From positions 81,118 to 145,117 of the forward strand of contig CAVQXS010000004.1 in NCBI GenBank assembly GCA_963717965.1: a DNA stretch of 64,000 nucleotides. Direction: 5' to 3'. Position 1 is the stretch's first letter, and the number at the start of each line of letters is the position of its first letter. The notes beneath the pieces are model-generated. The model saw only the letters and a list, made by a program, of their open reading frames with translations, was not told the DNA's origin and searched no databases. This DNA is from an uncultured Thermoleophilia bacterium. Its GTDB lineage: Bacteria; Actinomycetota; Thermoleophilia; UBA2241. Positions 40,512-50,622 of the stretch are shown here, piece by piece. Both the position numbers and the translations under genes were made by a program.

Positions 40512-41768
40512 TCAGGCTGCGCCCGGCGGCCCCTTCGCCTCTGCCGATCCCTCCGGCCCCGCCGCCTCAGCAGCTCCGGGCGAACCGCCTCCGCTCTCGG
40601 CGGGCGCCGCCGGCGAAGCGTCCGCGTCGCCCTCCTCCCCGGCCCCATCGTCGAAGAGGCCAGCGGCCTTCAGCTTGTGGTAGCCGTCGATGGCGATCTT
40701 GGTGAACGGCGCCGCGAACACGCCGCCGAGCGCGCCGGCGAGGACGGCCCCGCCCGTGGTCGCGAACAGCACCACCAGTCCGCTCAGCTTGAGCGACGCC
40801 CCGAGCGCGAACTGCGAGATCACCGTTTGCAGCGGTCCGTTGGCGATGAGCACGAAGATCAGCATCCAGACCGCGTCGCGCACCCCGCCCGTTCCCAAGG
40901 CGATGAGGACGGCGAACGCGCCCCCGATGAAGGCGCCGAACATGGGGATGTAGTTGGTGAACCACTGCACGACGAAGATCGTGAAGGCGAGTGGCACGCC
41001 GATGATGAGCGCCCCGGCGGCGACGACGGCGCCATTGAAGAGGCCGATCACGGTGCTGCCCCAGATGTAGCCGCGCATGAAGCGGGCGCTGTCGGCGAGG
41101 ATCGAGTAGCCGACCGGCGGCGGCACAGGTCCCATGTGGTACGAGAACCACGCGCCGATCCGGCGACCGCCGATGAGCACGTAGACGAGGATGTTGAGGC
41201 CGATGAAGGCGCCGAAGAGGAAGGCGGCGAGCGTGCTGATGCCCTGCAGGGCGCCCCCGAAGACGCCCTTGGTCCAGCTGCCGACGCTGCCGGAGAACGC
41301 CTGCTTCGCCGAGTTGAGGAGGTCCGGGTCGACGTTCGCGTTCTGCAGCGTCTCGTTGATCGAGTCGACGGCGGCCTGGATCTGGTCCTCGATGGTCGGC
41401 CACTGCCTGATGATGCCGACCGTCATGAGCGCGAGCAGGGCGAAGGCGCCAATCACGATGAGCGCGGTGACGATGAGCGCGCCCCAGGTACGCCCGATGC
41501 GGTGTCGCTCGAGCCAGTCCACGAGCGGCATGAACGTCGCCCCGAGCAGGATGGCGAACAGGGTGGGGACGACCAGCGTGGCGAGCAGGTGCAGCGCGTA
41601 GGCGACGCCGACGAGGACGATGACGATGCCGATGAGGTACCAGCTGGCGCGCCCGACGCGCTTGAACCACTCGGGGATGAAGGCGCCGCCGAGCGGCTGC
41701 GAGCCCACCGGTGCAGGCGCGCCGCCGTCCTCGGGTGCGGCACTCCTCTTGAACAGACTCACGCTCAC
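40512..41768 (-). CDS. AI-2E family transporter (PerM/YhhT-like)
   Basis: 8 TM helices with the family-typical layout. GTG 41768 preceded by GGGGGG. The upstream 1.3 kb of the track ORF is an antisense artifact of the decarboxylase gene. Confidence 0.85.
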   Translation of the reverse strand: MSVSLFKRSAAPEDGGAPAPVGSQPLGGAFIPEWFKRVGRASWYLIGIVIVLVGVAYALHLLATLVVPTLFAILLGATFMPLVDWLERHRIGRTWGALIVTALIVIGAFALLALMTVGIIRQWPTIEDQIQAAVDSINETLQNANVDPDLLNSAKQAFSGSVGSWTKGVFGGALQGISTLAAFLFGAFIGLNILVYVLIGGRRIGAWFSYHMGPVPPPVGYSILADSARFMRGYIWGSTVIGLFNGAVVAAGALIIGVPLAFTIFVVQWFTNYIPMFGAFIGGAFAVLIALGTGGVRDAVWMLIFVLIANGPLQTVISQFALGASLKLSGLVVLFATTGGAVLAGALGGVFAAPFTKIAIDGYHKLKAAGLFDDGAGEEGDADASPAAPAESGGGSPGAAEAAGPEGSAEAKGPPGAA

Positions 41769-41909
41769 CCCCCGTTCGTGACCGGAACGCCGAGCGTGAC
41801 GCCATCCTACATGCTGCGCGGCGAGGCACCAGAGGCGCCCGCGTGCCGGGCGCGCCGCGACCGGCAGGCGTCCCAGCGCCCGGGCGGCGGCTGCGATAGG
41901 CTCACGGCC

Positions 41910-43154
41910 ATGGAGACCGCCCAGCATCGTCACCCGTGGGAGCACGCCGGCGTGCGCGTCGAGGGCGGGCGCCTGCTCGTCGCGGGACGCGACGCCGAGG
42001 CGCTGGCCCGCGAGCACGGCACGCCGCTGTACGTCTTTGACGTCACGCGCGTGGCCGAGCAGGCGCGCGCGCTGCGGGACGCGCTCGCGCGCGCCGGCCT
42101 CAGGCCGCGCGTCCGGCTCGCGCTCAAGGCGCAGCGCGCCCCGGAGGTGCTCAGCGCGCTGCGCGCGCTCGGGGCGCCGGGATCGTCGGAGGCGGTCGGC
42201 ATCGACGCCTGCTCGCCGGGCGAGGTGCTGCACGCCCTCGAGCACGGCTTCACCGCCGAGGAGATCAGCTTCACCGGGACCAACGTCTCCGAGCGCGACC
42301 TGGACGTGATCGGGCCCGCAGGGGTGCACGTGAACCTCGACCTCCTGAGCCAGATCGAGCGCTTCGGGCGCCGCTGCCCGGGACGGGCGATCGGTCTGCG
42401 CGTGAACCCCCGGGGCGGCGTCATGCGCGGCTGCGCCGAGAGCCTCTACAGCGGCGCCCGGCCCACCAAGTTCGGCATCTACGAGGAGGACCTGGACGCC
42501 GCGCTCGCCGCGGCCCGGCGTCACGAGCTCACGATCGACACGCTGCACGTCCACCTCGCCAACGCCATACTCGACGAGGAACTGGCCGCGTTCGACGCCG
42601 CTCTCGAGCCGGTCGCGCGCATGGCTGGGCGACTGCTGGAGACCGGCTGCCCGCTCGCCGAGGTCAACGCCGGCGGCGGCCTCGGCACGCCGCTGCACCC
42701 CGGTGAGAAGCCGCTCGACCTCGACGCCTACGCCGCCATCCTGGCGCGGCGCTTCTCGGGCCTCGGCGTCGCCGTCGGCGCCGAGCCCGGCGAGTTCCTG
42801 ACCAACGAGTCGGGCGTCATGCTCGCCGAGGTCGTGACCGTGGAGGACCGGCTGGGGACGACCTTCGTCGGCCTCGACGCCGGCTGGAACGTGCTGAACG
42901 ACCGCTACATCTACGGTCGGGAACCCGAGGCGCTCGTCGCCGCGCGCGCGGACGCGCCCCGGGACCGCATGGTGACGCTCGCCGGCCACATCAACGAAGG
43001 AGATGACCTTCTCGCCGCCGGCCACTCCTTCCCCGCGGTCCAGGAGGGCGAGATCGTCGCCATCGTGAGCGTCGGGGGCTACTCGCCGGGGATGTGGACC
43101 GACCACTGCCTGCGGCCGCGGGCGGGGGCGCTATACTTCGACCGCCGTCTCTGA
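41910..43154 (+). CDS. PLP-dependent decarboxylase, Orn/DAP/Arg decarboxylase family 2 (LysA-like)
   Basis: Alanine-racemase-like TIM barrel plus C-terminal beta domain. Motifs ALKAQRAPEVL, GGGLGTP, EPGEF. Confidence 0.8.
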   Translation: METAQHRHPWEHAGVRVEGGRLLVAGRDAEALAREHGTPLYVFDVTRVAEQARALRDALARAGLRPRVRLALKAQRAPEVLSALRALGAPGSSEAVGIDACSPGEVLHALEHGFTAEEISFTGTNVSERDLDVIGPAGVHVNLDLLSQIERFGRRCPGRAIGLRVNPRGGVMRGCAESLYSGARPTKFGIYEEDLDAALAAARRHELTIDTLHVHLANAILDEELAAFDAALEPVARMAGRLLETGCPLAEVNAGGGLGTPLHPGEKPLDLDAYAAILARRFSGLGVAVGAEPGEFLTNESGVMLAEVVTVEDRLGTTFVGLDAGWNVLNDRYIYGREPEALVAARADAPRDRMVTLAGHINEGDDLLAAGHSFPAVQEGEIVAIVSVGGYSPGMWTDHCLRPRAGALYFDRRL

Positions 43155-43188
43155 GCCGCGCGGCCGGCGCCGGCCGCGGCCCGTCCCG

Positions 43189-43368
43189 TCACCCTCCCGA
43201 AGAACGCGTGAGCAGCGCGATCGCGAAGGCGAAGTCGACGCCGGCGATCGCGGCGAGCATGAGCGAGCCGGCGCGGCGGCCCATGGTCCAGGCGACGACC
43301 GAGAGCAACGTGAAGAAGATGCCGCCGCCGATCATGAACAGCAGCACCAGATCCGGACCCGAGCGCAC
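43189..43368 (-). CDS. Small membrane protein (59 aa, 2 TM)
   Basis: GTG 43368 with GAGGAGG RBS at ideal spacing. Strong GC3. Two hydrophobic helices. Confidence 0.5.
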   Translation of the reverse strand: MRSGPDLVLLFMIGGGIFFTLLSVVAWTMGRRAGSLMLAAIAGVDFAFAIALLTRSSGG

Positions 43369-43479
43369 GCGTGCCTCCTCCGACGAGGGCGCGGCCGCCC
43401 GCGACGACCGCGTCCGTACAGTGTGTGCCCGCGGCAGCGGCGGGCCAAGCCGCGGCGTCGCCAGCGTCGGTGCCGCTCG

Positions 43480-43657
43480 CGGTACCGCTTTCGGTACCGG
43501 GTAGGGTCGCCAACGGTACCGCGGATGGGGCCGATTCCGGTGCTTGCCGGTGCCGCCGACGGTACCGTTCGTGGTACCGCGACAGATGCGGAGACGATCC
43601 CTTCGGCTGTCGAGGCCGCGCGGGGCGCCGGCCTTGGCCAGCACGCGGCTGGTACCG
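43480..43657. repeat. Array of six copies of the 8-bp palindrome (C/T)GGTACCG, including two pairs spaced 12 bp centre-to-centre
   Basis: GGTACC at 43481, 43493, 43515, 43561, 43573 and 43651. Expected count by chance in 180 bp at this GC content is about 0.01. Confidence 0.7.
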
Positions 43658-43769
43658 GTGGGCGCTGCGGCCGCCGGGCCGGGTTCGTCGTCGAACATCC
43701 CGCCGCAGCTTGCCAGGGGCGCGCCTGAGCGGCACACTCGAGACCCGACGGCAAGCCCGAGGAGACCGC

Positions 43770-44726
43770 ATGACCACGCTCGACTGGACCACCGTGCTCG
43801 ACGCCCTGGCGGCGGCCGGCTGGACGGCGCGCGTGGTCGCCGCCGAGCGCCTGGGCGAGCTCCAGAGCAGGGTGGCCGGGGTCCTCGCCTCCGGCGAGCT
43901 GCCCGGCCCGACCGCCGACCACCTCGCCGAGCAGGTCGCGTTCGCGTGGCCGGCCGAGCTGCCGCCGAGCCGGGAGACCGGCTCGGACGCCCAAGTCCAG
44001 GCGCGCTCGGTCGTGGTCGCCGCCACCCCGCGGCCGCTCACGCGGGCGACGCTCACGGTGGACGGCGCGCCGCACGAGGTCGCCGTGCCGCCGCACTACG
44101 CCGGCTACCACACGGTGCCCGGCGGCCTGACGGCGGCGCTCGAGAAGGCGCTGGCGCCGACCGGCCACACCGCGTCGGCGTTCGCGCCGCCGCTCAAGAC
44201 CCTCGCCGCCTGCGCCGGCCTCGCCCGCTACGGGCGCAACAACGTCACCTACGTGCAAGGGCTCGGCAGCTACCTGCTGCTGGCGGCGTGCGCCACCGAC
44301 GCGCCGCCCCCGGACGCCGCCGCGTGGGACGAGCCCCGGCAGCTGGACCGCTGCGACCGCTGCAGCGCCTGTCTGCGCGCCTGCCCGAGCGGGGCCATCC
44401 GTGCCGACCGGTTCCTCCTGCAGACCGACCGCTGCCTCACCGCGGTGAACGAGGACGAGGCGCCCTTCCCCGACTGGGTGGACCCGGCGTGGCACCACTG
44501 CGCCGTCGGCTGCCTCCGCTGCCAGCAGGCGTGCCCGGAGAACGCGATCGTCGAGCTGCAGGTGGCGCCGCCCGAGACGTTCGACGAGGCCGAATCGGTG
44601 GCCATCTTGGCGGCGACGCCGGCCGGCGAGCAGGCGACCGAGACCCGCGAGAAGCTCGCGCGCTGCGGCCTCGACTACTCGCCGGCGCTCATCGCCCGCA
44701 ACCTGCACGCGCTCCTCGGCGTCTGA
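43770..44726 (+). CDS. 4Fe-4S dicluster domain protein, epoxyqueuosine reductase (QueG)-like
   Basis: Two Cys clusters (CDRCSACLRACP; CAVGCLRCQQACP). ATG 43770 after GAGGAG. Confidence 0.65.
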   Translation: MTTLDWTTVLDALAAAGWTARVVAAERLGELQSRVAGVLASGELPGPTADHLAEQVAFAWPAELPPSRETGSDAQVQARSVVVAATPRPLTRATLTVDGAPHEVAVPPHYAGYHTVPGGLTAALEKALAPTGHTASAFAPPLKTLAACAGLARYGRNNVTYVQGLGSYLLLAACATDAPPPDAAAWDEPRQLDRCDRCSACLRACPSGAIRADRFLLQTDRCLTAVNEDEAPFPDWVDPAWHHCAVGCLRCQQACPENAIVELQVAPPETFDEAESVAILAATPAGEQATETREKLARCGLDYSPALIARNLHALLGV

Positions 44727-44791
44727 GGCGCACGCTCCTCGGCGCCCGACGGCCTAGGCTGGGGCGTCACCGGGAAGCATCATCATGGGGA

Positions 44792-44828
44792 GACCCGGCC
44801 GGGCATGAGTCCGGATGGTGGCCGGGTC
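44792..44828. terminator. Hairpin GACCCGGCC…GGCCGGGTC (9-bp perfect stem)
   Basis: Lies between the QueG-like stop and the USP RBS. Confidence 0.4.
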
Positions 44829-44847
44829 CCGGGGGAAAGGAGCGCTG

Positions 44848-45303
44848 ATGCCACACCCACTCGTCCTCGGCTACGACGGCTCTGCCTGCTCCGCCGCCGC
44901 GCTCGACGAGGCCATCGAGCTCGGCCGCGACACGACCGGGGCGGTGGTCGTCCTCGTGTACTGTCACGAGCCGCCGCCCGGGCTGAGCTGTCCGCTCGAT
45001 CCCGGGTGCGCCGCCGCCAAGGAGCTCCGCGACTACGAGCGGCGCGTCGAGAAGGAGGTCCGACCGATGCTGGACCGCGCCGCCGAGAAGGTGCGCGCGG
45101 TCGGCATCGAGACCGAGGTGCTGCTCGTGTGGGACGACCCGGCGCGCGCGCTCCGGAGCGTCGCCCGCGACCGTGGGTCGCACGTCATCATCGTGGGCTC
45201 GCACGGCGAAGGGCCGATCGCCGGCGCGCTTGGCCGGCACACGCCGTTCGAGCTGCTGCACCACAGCGAGACGCCGGTGCTGGTGGTGCCGCACCGGCGC
45301 TGA
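44848..45303 (+). CDS. Universal stress protein (UspA family)
   Basis: USP ATP-binding motifs (VVGSHGEGPIAGALGRHTPFELLHHSETPVLVV). AAAGGAG RBS. Confidence 0.85.
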   Translation: MPHPLVLGYDGSACSAAALDEAIELGRDTTGAVVVLVYCHEPPPGLSCPLDPGCAAAKELRDYERRVEKEVRPMLDRAAEKVRAVGIETEVLLVWDDPARALRSVARDRGSHVIIVGSHGEGPIAGALGRHTPFELLHHSETPVLVVPHRR

Positions 45304-45334
45304 GCCCCGCCGCGCGCCCACGGCGCGAGAGCCG

Positions 45335-46852
45335 CTACTGCGTCTCGCGCGCGAAGCCTCGCACGGCGCCGACCGCCGCCCGCCAGCGGCGGCGCAGTTC
45401 CCCGGCGCCGGCGCGCGTCGCGGGCGTGAAGGTCGCGCCGGCGGTCCACAGCCCGGCGACCTCCTCCTCGCTCTCCCACACGCCCGTGGCCAGCCCCGCC
45501 AGCCACGCGGCGCCGAACGCCGTCGCCTCGGGCTGGCCGGCGCGCGTCACCGGGACGCCGAGCAGGTCCGCCTGGAACTGCAGCAGGAGGTCGCTCGCGG
45601 CGGCGCCGCCGTCGGCGCGCACCTCCGCGGGCGCCACCCCGGCGCCCTGCGCCTCCGCCTCGTACAGGTCGGCGACCTGGAAGGCGATGCCCTCGAGGGT
45701 CGCGCGAGCGACGTGAGCGGCCGTGGTCCCGCGCGTGAGGCCGAAGATGCCGCCACGGGCGTAGGGGTCCCAGTGCGGAGCTCCGAGCCCGGAGAGCGCC
45801 GGGACGAAGACGACGCCGTCGCTCGAGGGCACGCTCTGCGCAAGGGAGGTGGCCTCGGCGCCGCTGCTCACGATGCCGAGGCCGTCCCGCAGCCACTGCA
45901 CGGCGGCGCCGCCGACGAAGACGCTGCCCTCGAGGGCGTAGGTGCGGCGGCCCCCGCGCTGCAGCGCCACCGTGCTCACGAGGCCGGGCGGCGCCGGGAC
46001 CGGCTCGTCCCCGGTGTGCAGCAACAGGAAGCAGCCGGTCCCGTAGGTGACCTTGAGCATGCCACGCCGCGTGCAGGCCTGCCCGAAGAGCGCGGCCTGC
46101 TGGTCGCCGGCGAGACCGGCGATGGGGATGGCCGCACCGAGCAGCCCCGGGTCGGCCTCGCCGGCCACGCCGCTGCTGTCGCAGACCTCGGGCAGGAGCG
46201 CGCGCGGCACCCCGAACAGGGCGAGCAGCTCGTCGTCCCACTCGCCCTCGCGGATGTCGTAGAGCAGCGTCCGCGAGGCGTTCGTCGCGTCGGTGACGTG
46301 GCGGCGGCCGCCGCTGAGGCGCCAGGCGATCCAGGAGTCGACCGTGCCGAAGGCGAGCTCACCGGCCTCGGCGCGCTCGCGCACCCCGGCCACGTTGTCG
46401 AGCAGCCAGCGGATCTTCGTGCCGGAGAAGTACGGGTCGAGCAGCAGGCCGGTCTTGCGCCGCACGAGCGCCTCCGCGCCGGCGCCGCGCAGCTCGTCGC
46501 AGAAGCCCGCGGTGCGCCGGTCCTGCCAGACGATCGCCGGCGCGACCGGCACCGACGTGGCCCGGTCCCAGAGAATCGTCGTCTCGCGCTGGTTGGCGAT
46601 GCCGAGGCCGGCGACGCCGGAGGCGGGCACGCCGGCCTTCTCGAGCGCCGCGCGGGCCGTGGCCAGCTGCGCCTGCCACAGCTCCTCGGCGTCCTGCTCG
46701 ACCCAGCCCGCCTGCGGGGTGCTGAGACCGACCTCCTGCTGGGCGCTCGCCAGCACGACGCCGGAGGCGTCGATCACGAGCGCCCGCTCGCTCGTCGTGC
46801 CCGCGTCGAGCGCCAGCACCACCTTGCCCGCCGTCCCGCGCGCCTCGCCCAT
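45335..46852 (-). CDS. glpK: Glycerol kinase
   Basis: FGGY kinase motifs ([12 protein letters not shown]…[10 protein letters not shown]…). ATG 46852 with GGAGGATGG RBS. The track ORF extends upstream to 46975. Confidence 0.9.
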   Translation of the reverse strand: MGEARGTAGKVVLALDAGTTSERALVIDASGVVLASAQQEVGLSTPQAGWVEQDAEELWQAQLATARAALEKAGVPASGVAGLGIANQRETTILWDRATSVPVAPAIVWQDRRTAGFCDELRGAGAEALVRRKTGLLLDPYFSGTKIRWLLDNVAGVRERAEAGELAFGTVDSWIAWRLSGGRRHVTDATNASRTLLYDIREGEWDDELLALFGVPRALLPEVCDSSGVAGEADPGLLGAAIPIAGLAGDQQAALFGQACTRRGMLKVTYGTGCFLLLHTGDEPVPAPPGLVSTVALQRGGRRTYALEGSVFVGGAAVQWLRDGLGIVSSGAEATSLAQSVPSSDGVVFVPALSGLGAPHWDPYARGGIFGLTRGTTAAHVARATLEGIAFQVADLYEAEAQGAGVAPAEVRADGGAAASDLLLQFQADLLGVPVTRAGQPEATAFGAAWLAGLATGVWESEEEVAGLWTAGATFTPATRAGAGELRRRWRAAVGAVRGFARETQ

Positions 46853-47093
46853 GCCATCCTCCGTCCCTCGTCGCTCGCCGGCCGCGCCGCTCACCGTCGC
46901 TCGCGCGAGCGTCCTCTCACTGGCCCTCCATGATAGCCGCCAGGCTCGCACCCCGGGCCGTGCCCACCCCGTCACTCAGGTGAACACCCCATTTGTGAGT
47001 GTCACCGCACACATCCTGCCCGCAGAGGGGTACAGTGTTTGTGAAAGGAGTCGCATGTACGTGCGGCCCAGAAAGCTCGTGGAAGGAGGAGCC

Positions 47094-47654
47094 ATGGGCT
47101 GGAGGAAGATCCTGGAGGCTGAGCACCGTCTGGTGCTCGAGGTAGCCGACGCCGCCGACAAGGAGTGCACCCACATCGAGTCCACAGGCTCGGTGCGTGC
47201 GGATCTCGCCGGCGACATGATCGGCTTCTTCCGGTACTTCAACGACGGTCTCCACGACCCCAAGGAGGAAGACCTGCTCTACGCTCGCTGCCACCGGCGC
47301 GGGATGACCGAGGAGGACGAGCCGCTCGAGCAGATGCTCGGCGAGCACGAGTGGTGCCGCGGCAAGCTCGACGCCCTCGAGCGCACGCTCGAGACGATGG
47401 ACCCGGCCGACGAGGCGGCGGCCCGCGACTTCGCGGCTCGCCTGCGCGAGTACGTCGAAGTGGTCCGCTGCCACATCACGGTCGAGGAGGAGGTGTTCTT
47501 CGACACGGCCCAGCACTACCTGACCCTGAACGACCGCCGTGAGCTCACGGAGGAGTTCGAGGCGGTGCATTGGGACGAGGTCGAGGAAGGCGTCGCCTCC
47601 TACTGGGAGGACCTTGCCCACAGGCTGTCGGTAGCGGAGATGCAGCCGGCCTGA
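47094..47654 (+). CDS. Hemerythrin-like (HHE cation-binding) domain protein
   Basis: H…H…E…H spacing typical of hemerythrin-like domains. GGAAGGAGGA RBS. Alternative start at ATG 47055. Confidence 0.65.
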   Translation: MGWRKILEAEHRLVLEVADAADKECTHIESTGSVRADLAGDMIGFFRYFNDGLHDPKEEDLLYARCHRRGMTEEDEPLEQMLGEHEWCRGKLDALERTLETMDPADEAAARDFAARLREYVEVVRCHITVEEEVFFDTAQHYLTLNDRRELTEEFEAVHWDEVEEGVASYWEDLAHRLSVAEMQPA

Positions 47655-47677
47655 CAGGCGCTTCGAAGCTCCTCCAG

Positions 47678-47717
47678 ACGGGGCCGCGACGGCAGAAGAG
47701 CAAGGTCGCGGCCTCGT
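47678..47717. terminator. Hairpin ACGGGGCCGCGAC…GTCGCGGCCTCGT between convergent genes
   Basis: About 13-bp stem read directly. Confidence 0.5.
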
Positions 47718-47790
47718 CGCCACGACAGGGTCGCGATTGACCGCGCAGACGAGTCAAGGAGCGGGGCGCCGCAGGCGCACCGCTCCAGCG

Positions 47791-49605
47791 TCAGCTCCAG
47801 CTCGCGGCCCCGTCACTGAGAAACTCGTGCATGTCCTTGGCCGCCTTGCGCGCCGCCCCCATCGCCAGGATGACCGTCGCCGCGCCGGTCACGATGTCCC
47901 CGCCCGCCCACACCCGCGCCACGCTCGTGCGTCCGGACTCGGAGAACGTGCGGATGTAGCCGCGCTCGGTGCGCTCGAGGCCCCGGGCGTCCTCGAAGAG
48001 GGCCCGGTTGGGGCCGGCGCCGACGGCGACGACGACCATGTCGACGTCCATCAGGAACTCCGACCCGAGCACGGGCACAGGGCGGCGGCGGCCTGACTCG
48101 TCGGGCTCGCCCAGCTTCATGCGCACGCAGCGCATCTCGCGCACCCAGCCCTGCTCGTCGCCCTCGTAGGCGATGGGGCTGGTGAGGTACTCGAAGCGCA
48201 GCCCTTCCTGCTCGGCGTGCTCGATCTCCTCCGTGCGCGCCGGCATCTCGTCGCGCGTGCGGCGGTAGACGATCGCCACCTCGCGCGCACCCATGCGCAG
48301 CGCCGTGCGCGCGCAGTCCATGGCGACGTTGCCGCCACCTACCACGGCGACCTTGGTCCCGAGCGGCGCCGGCGTGTCGTACTCCGGGAAGAGGTACGCC
48401 TTCATGAGGTTGACCCGGGTGAGGTACTCGTTGGCCGAGACGATGTTGCAGAGGTTCTCGCCGGGCAGGCCCATGAAGCCCGGCAGGCCCGCCCCCGTCG
48501 CAACGTAGACGGCGTCGAAGCCCAGCGTGAACAGCTCCGTGAGGCCGTACAGCTTGCCCACGATGCTGTTCATCTCGAACTTGACGCCGAGGTGCCGCAG
48601 GTTGCCGGTCTCGGCCTCGACGATCGCCTTCGGCAGGCGGAACTCGGGGATGCCGTAGACGAGCACGCCGCCGGGGCTGTGCAGGGCCTCGAAGATGGTG
48701 ACGCTGTGGCCCTTGACCGCCATGTCGGCGGCCATGATGAGGCCGGCCGGACCACTGCCGACGACGGCGATGCGGCAGCCCGTTCGCGACGCCCGCGGGG
48801 GCAGGGTCACCTGGTCGGTCTCGCGCTCGAAGTCGGCGGCGAAGCGCTCGAGCGTGCCGATGGCGAGCGGGTCGCCCTTCTTGCCCAGCAGGCACAGCTT
48901 CTCGCACTGGTCGTCCTGTGGGCAGACGCGCCCGCAGACCGCCGGCAGCGCGTTCTTCTGGCGGATGAGGCGGGCCGCGCCGGCGAAGTCGCCCGCGGCC
49001 ACCAGCTTCACGAACCCGGGGATGTCGACCTCGACCGGGCACCCGTCGACGCAGGCCGGCTTCTTGCACTGCAGGCAGCGGCTCGCCTCCGTCGTGGCCA
49101 GCTCGCCGTCGTACCCGTAGCTGACCTCCTGGAAGTTGCGGATGCGCAGCTTGGCGTCCTGCTCTGGCTTCTTCTGCCGCGGAGCGCCGGCGAGGATCTT
49201 GGCGCGGGTGCGCTTGGGGACGCCGTGCCAGGCGCAGTTCGCGCGCGTGCAGCACGAGAGCGGGGCGACGCGCGTGCGCAGGGAGACGTCGATGGTGAAC
49301 ACGCGCGAGTCGCACTCGCCGCAGAGCGCCTCCGTCTCCACCAGCGACGTGTGGCAGTGCGGGCACAGGACATCGGTGGCGACCGCGTCGCCGGTCCAGC
49401 AGGGCGAGCAGACCCGCTCGAACTCCTCCAGCCTCGGGTTGACGAGCAGGTCGCAGCAGACGGTGTCGACCTCCACGTCGAGGCCGACCCAGACGCGCTT
49501 CGTCTGGTCGTCGTAGACGTTGAGCGGCGCGTGGCAGTGCGGACAGAAGCTCGCGAGGTCGCCCTGCTGGGCGAGGGTGGCGAGGTCGTGGTCGATCGAG
49601 GTCAC
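47791..49605 (-). CDS. GltD-like NAD(P)H-dependent oxidoreductase large subunit (NfnB/SudA-like) with N-terminal double zinc-ribbon extension
   Basis: Two Fe-S Cys motifs (CLQCKKPACVDGCP; CGRVCPQDDQCEKLC). FAD and NAD(P) Rossmann motifs (IAVVGSGPAGL; VAVVGGGNVAMD). Extra 130 aa carry CPHCH…C..C twice. Confidence 0.85.
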   Translation of the reverse strand: MTSIDHDLATLAQQGDLASFCPHCHAPLNVYDDQTKRVWVGLDVEVDTVCCDLLVNPRLEEFERVCSPCWTGDAVATDVLCPHCHTSLVETEALCGECDSRVFTIDVSLRTRVAPLSCCTRANCAWHGVPKRTRAKILAGAPRQKKPEQDAKLRIRNFQEVSYGYDGELATTEASRCLQCKKPACVDGCPVEVDIPGFVKLVAAGDFAGAARLIRQKNALPAVCGRVCPQDDQCEKLCLLGKKGDPLAIGTLERFAADFERETDQVTLPPRASRTGCRIAVVGSGPAGLIMAADMAVKGHSVTIFEALHSPGGVLVYGIPEFRLPKAIVEAETGNLRHLGVKFEMNSIVGKLYGLTELFTLGFDAVYVATGAGLPGFMGLPGENLCNIVSANEYLTRVNLMKAYLFPEYDTPAPLGTKVAVVGGGNVAMDCARTALRMGAREVAIVYRRTRDEMPARTEEIEHAEQEGLRFEYLTSPIAYEGDEQGWVREMRCVRMKLGEPDESGRRRPVPVLGSEFLMDVDMVVVAVGAGPNRALFEDARGLERTERGYIRTFSESGRTSVARVWAGGDIVTGAATVILAMGAARKAAKDMHEFLSDGAASWS

Positions 49606-49614
49606 CGGCGCCTC

Positions 49615-50445
49615 CTAGCGCACCTTGATGGACGTGAGCAGCGACACGCGCTCGTCGCGGCCGTACATCTGGTTGCGCTGGATGAGCTCGTCGAAGTCGA
49701 CGTCGAAGGCGTTGAAGTGAGGGCCGTCGACGCAGGCGAACTTCGTCTCTCCGCCGACCGTGCAGCGGCAGCCGCCGCACATGCCGGTGCCGTCCACCAT
49801 GATCGGGTTGAGGCTGACCTCCGTCGGCAGTCCGTAGATGCGCGTCATCTCGGTGACGGCGCGCATCATGATGAGCGGTCCGACGGCGATGACCCTGTCG
49901 ATGTGCTCGTGTCGTTCCACGAGAGACGCGAGCGCGTCCGTGACCTTGCCGTGGACGCCGTAGCTGCCGTCGTCGGTGGTCACGATGAGCTCGTCGCAGA
50001 GGGCGCGCATCTCGTCCTCCAGGATCAGCAGCTCCTTCTGGCGCGCCCCGACCACGCCGATGATGCGGTTGCCGGCGTCGCGGTGGCCCGTGAGCAGGTG
50101 GTGAAGCACGGCGATGCCCGAGCCGCCGCCGATGCCGACGACCGTGCCGATCTTCTCGATGCGCTCCGCTACGCCCAGCGGGCCGCAGAGATCCTTGATG
50201 GCGTCGCCCACGCCGAGCGAGGCCAGCATCGCCGTGCTCTTGCCGACGACCTGGAAGATGATAGTGACGGTGCCGTTGGCCGCGTCGCGGTACGCGACGG
50301 TGAGCGGCACCCGCTCTCCCGTGTCGTTGACGCGCAGGACGATGAACTGCCCCGGGCGGATCTTGCGCGCGATCTGCGGCGCCTCGACGGTGAGGCTGAT
50401 CAGATCGCGCTTCGTGAGCTCCTGCCGGTCGACGATCGTGTGCAT
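49615..50445 (-). CDS. PyrK-like FAD/NAD-binding 2Fe-2S subunit (NfnA/SudB-like)
   Basis: FAD/NAD binding fold plus C-terminal 2Fe-2S Cys cluster (GMCGGCRCTVGGETKFACVDGP). Confidence 0.85.
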   Translation of the reverse strand: MHTIVDRQELTKRDLISLTVEAPQIARKIRPGQFIVLRVNDTGERVPLTVAYRDAANGTVTIIFQVVGKSTAMLASLGVGDAIKDLCGPLGVAERIEKIGTVVGIGGGSGIAVLHHLLTGHRDAGNRIIGVVGARQKELLILEDEMRALCDELIVTTDDGSYGVHGKVTDALASLVERHEHIDRVIAVGPLIMMRAVTEMTRIYGLPTEVSLNPIMVDGTGMCGGCRCTVGGETKFACVDGPHFNAFDVDFDELIQRNQMYGRDERVSLLTSIKVR

Positions 50446-50532
50446 GGCCAGTCCCCCTGACCCGGTGACTCGATGGCGTCGCGGCCGCGAGCGGTCGCAG
50501 TGCGCTCAGTCAACATATACACCTCCGGCTCG

Positions 50533-50544
50533 CCTCGCGCGAGG
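50533..50544. promoter_or_regulatory. Perfect 12-bp GC palindrome CCTCGCGCGAGG upstream of the nfnA-like gene
   Basis: Read directly. A complementary-pattern palindrome GAGGCGCGCCTC lies at 52176..52187. Confidence 0.25.
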
Positions 50545-50622
50545 GGGGAACGCGTGAGCAGGATGGCCCGAAGAGACTCCGGTCGCGGGCCACGACGGCT
50601 CGCGCCCGGCCCGGCGGCGCCC

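Noticed and set aside
41769-43106. N-terminal 450 aa of the 864-aa minus-strand track ORF
   Set aside because: Antisense to the well-supported PLP decarboxylase gene. Only the AI-2E portion (40512..41768) is real.
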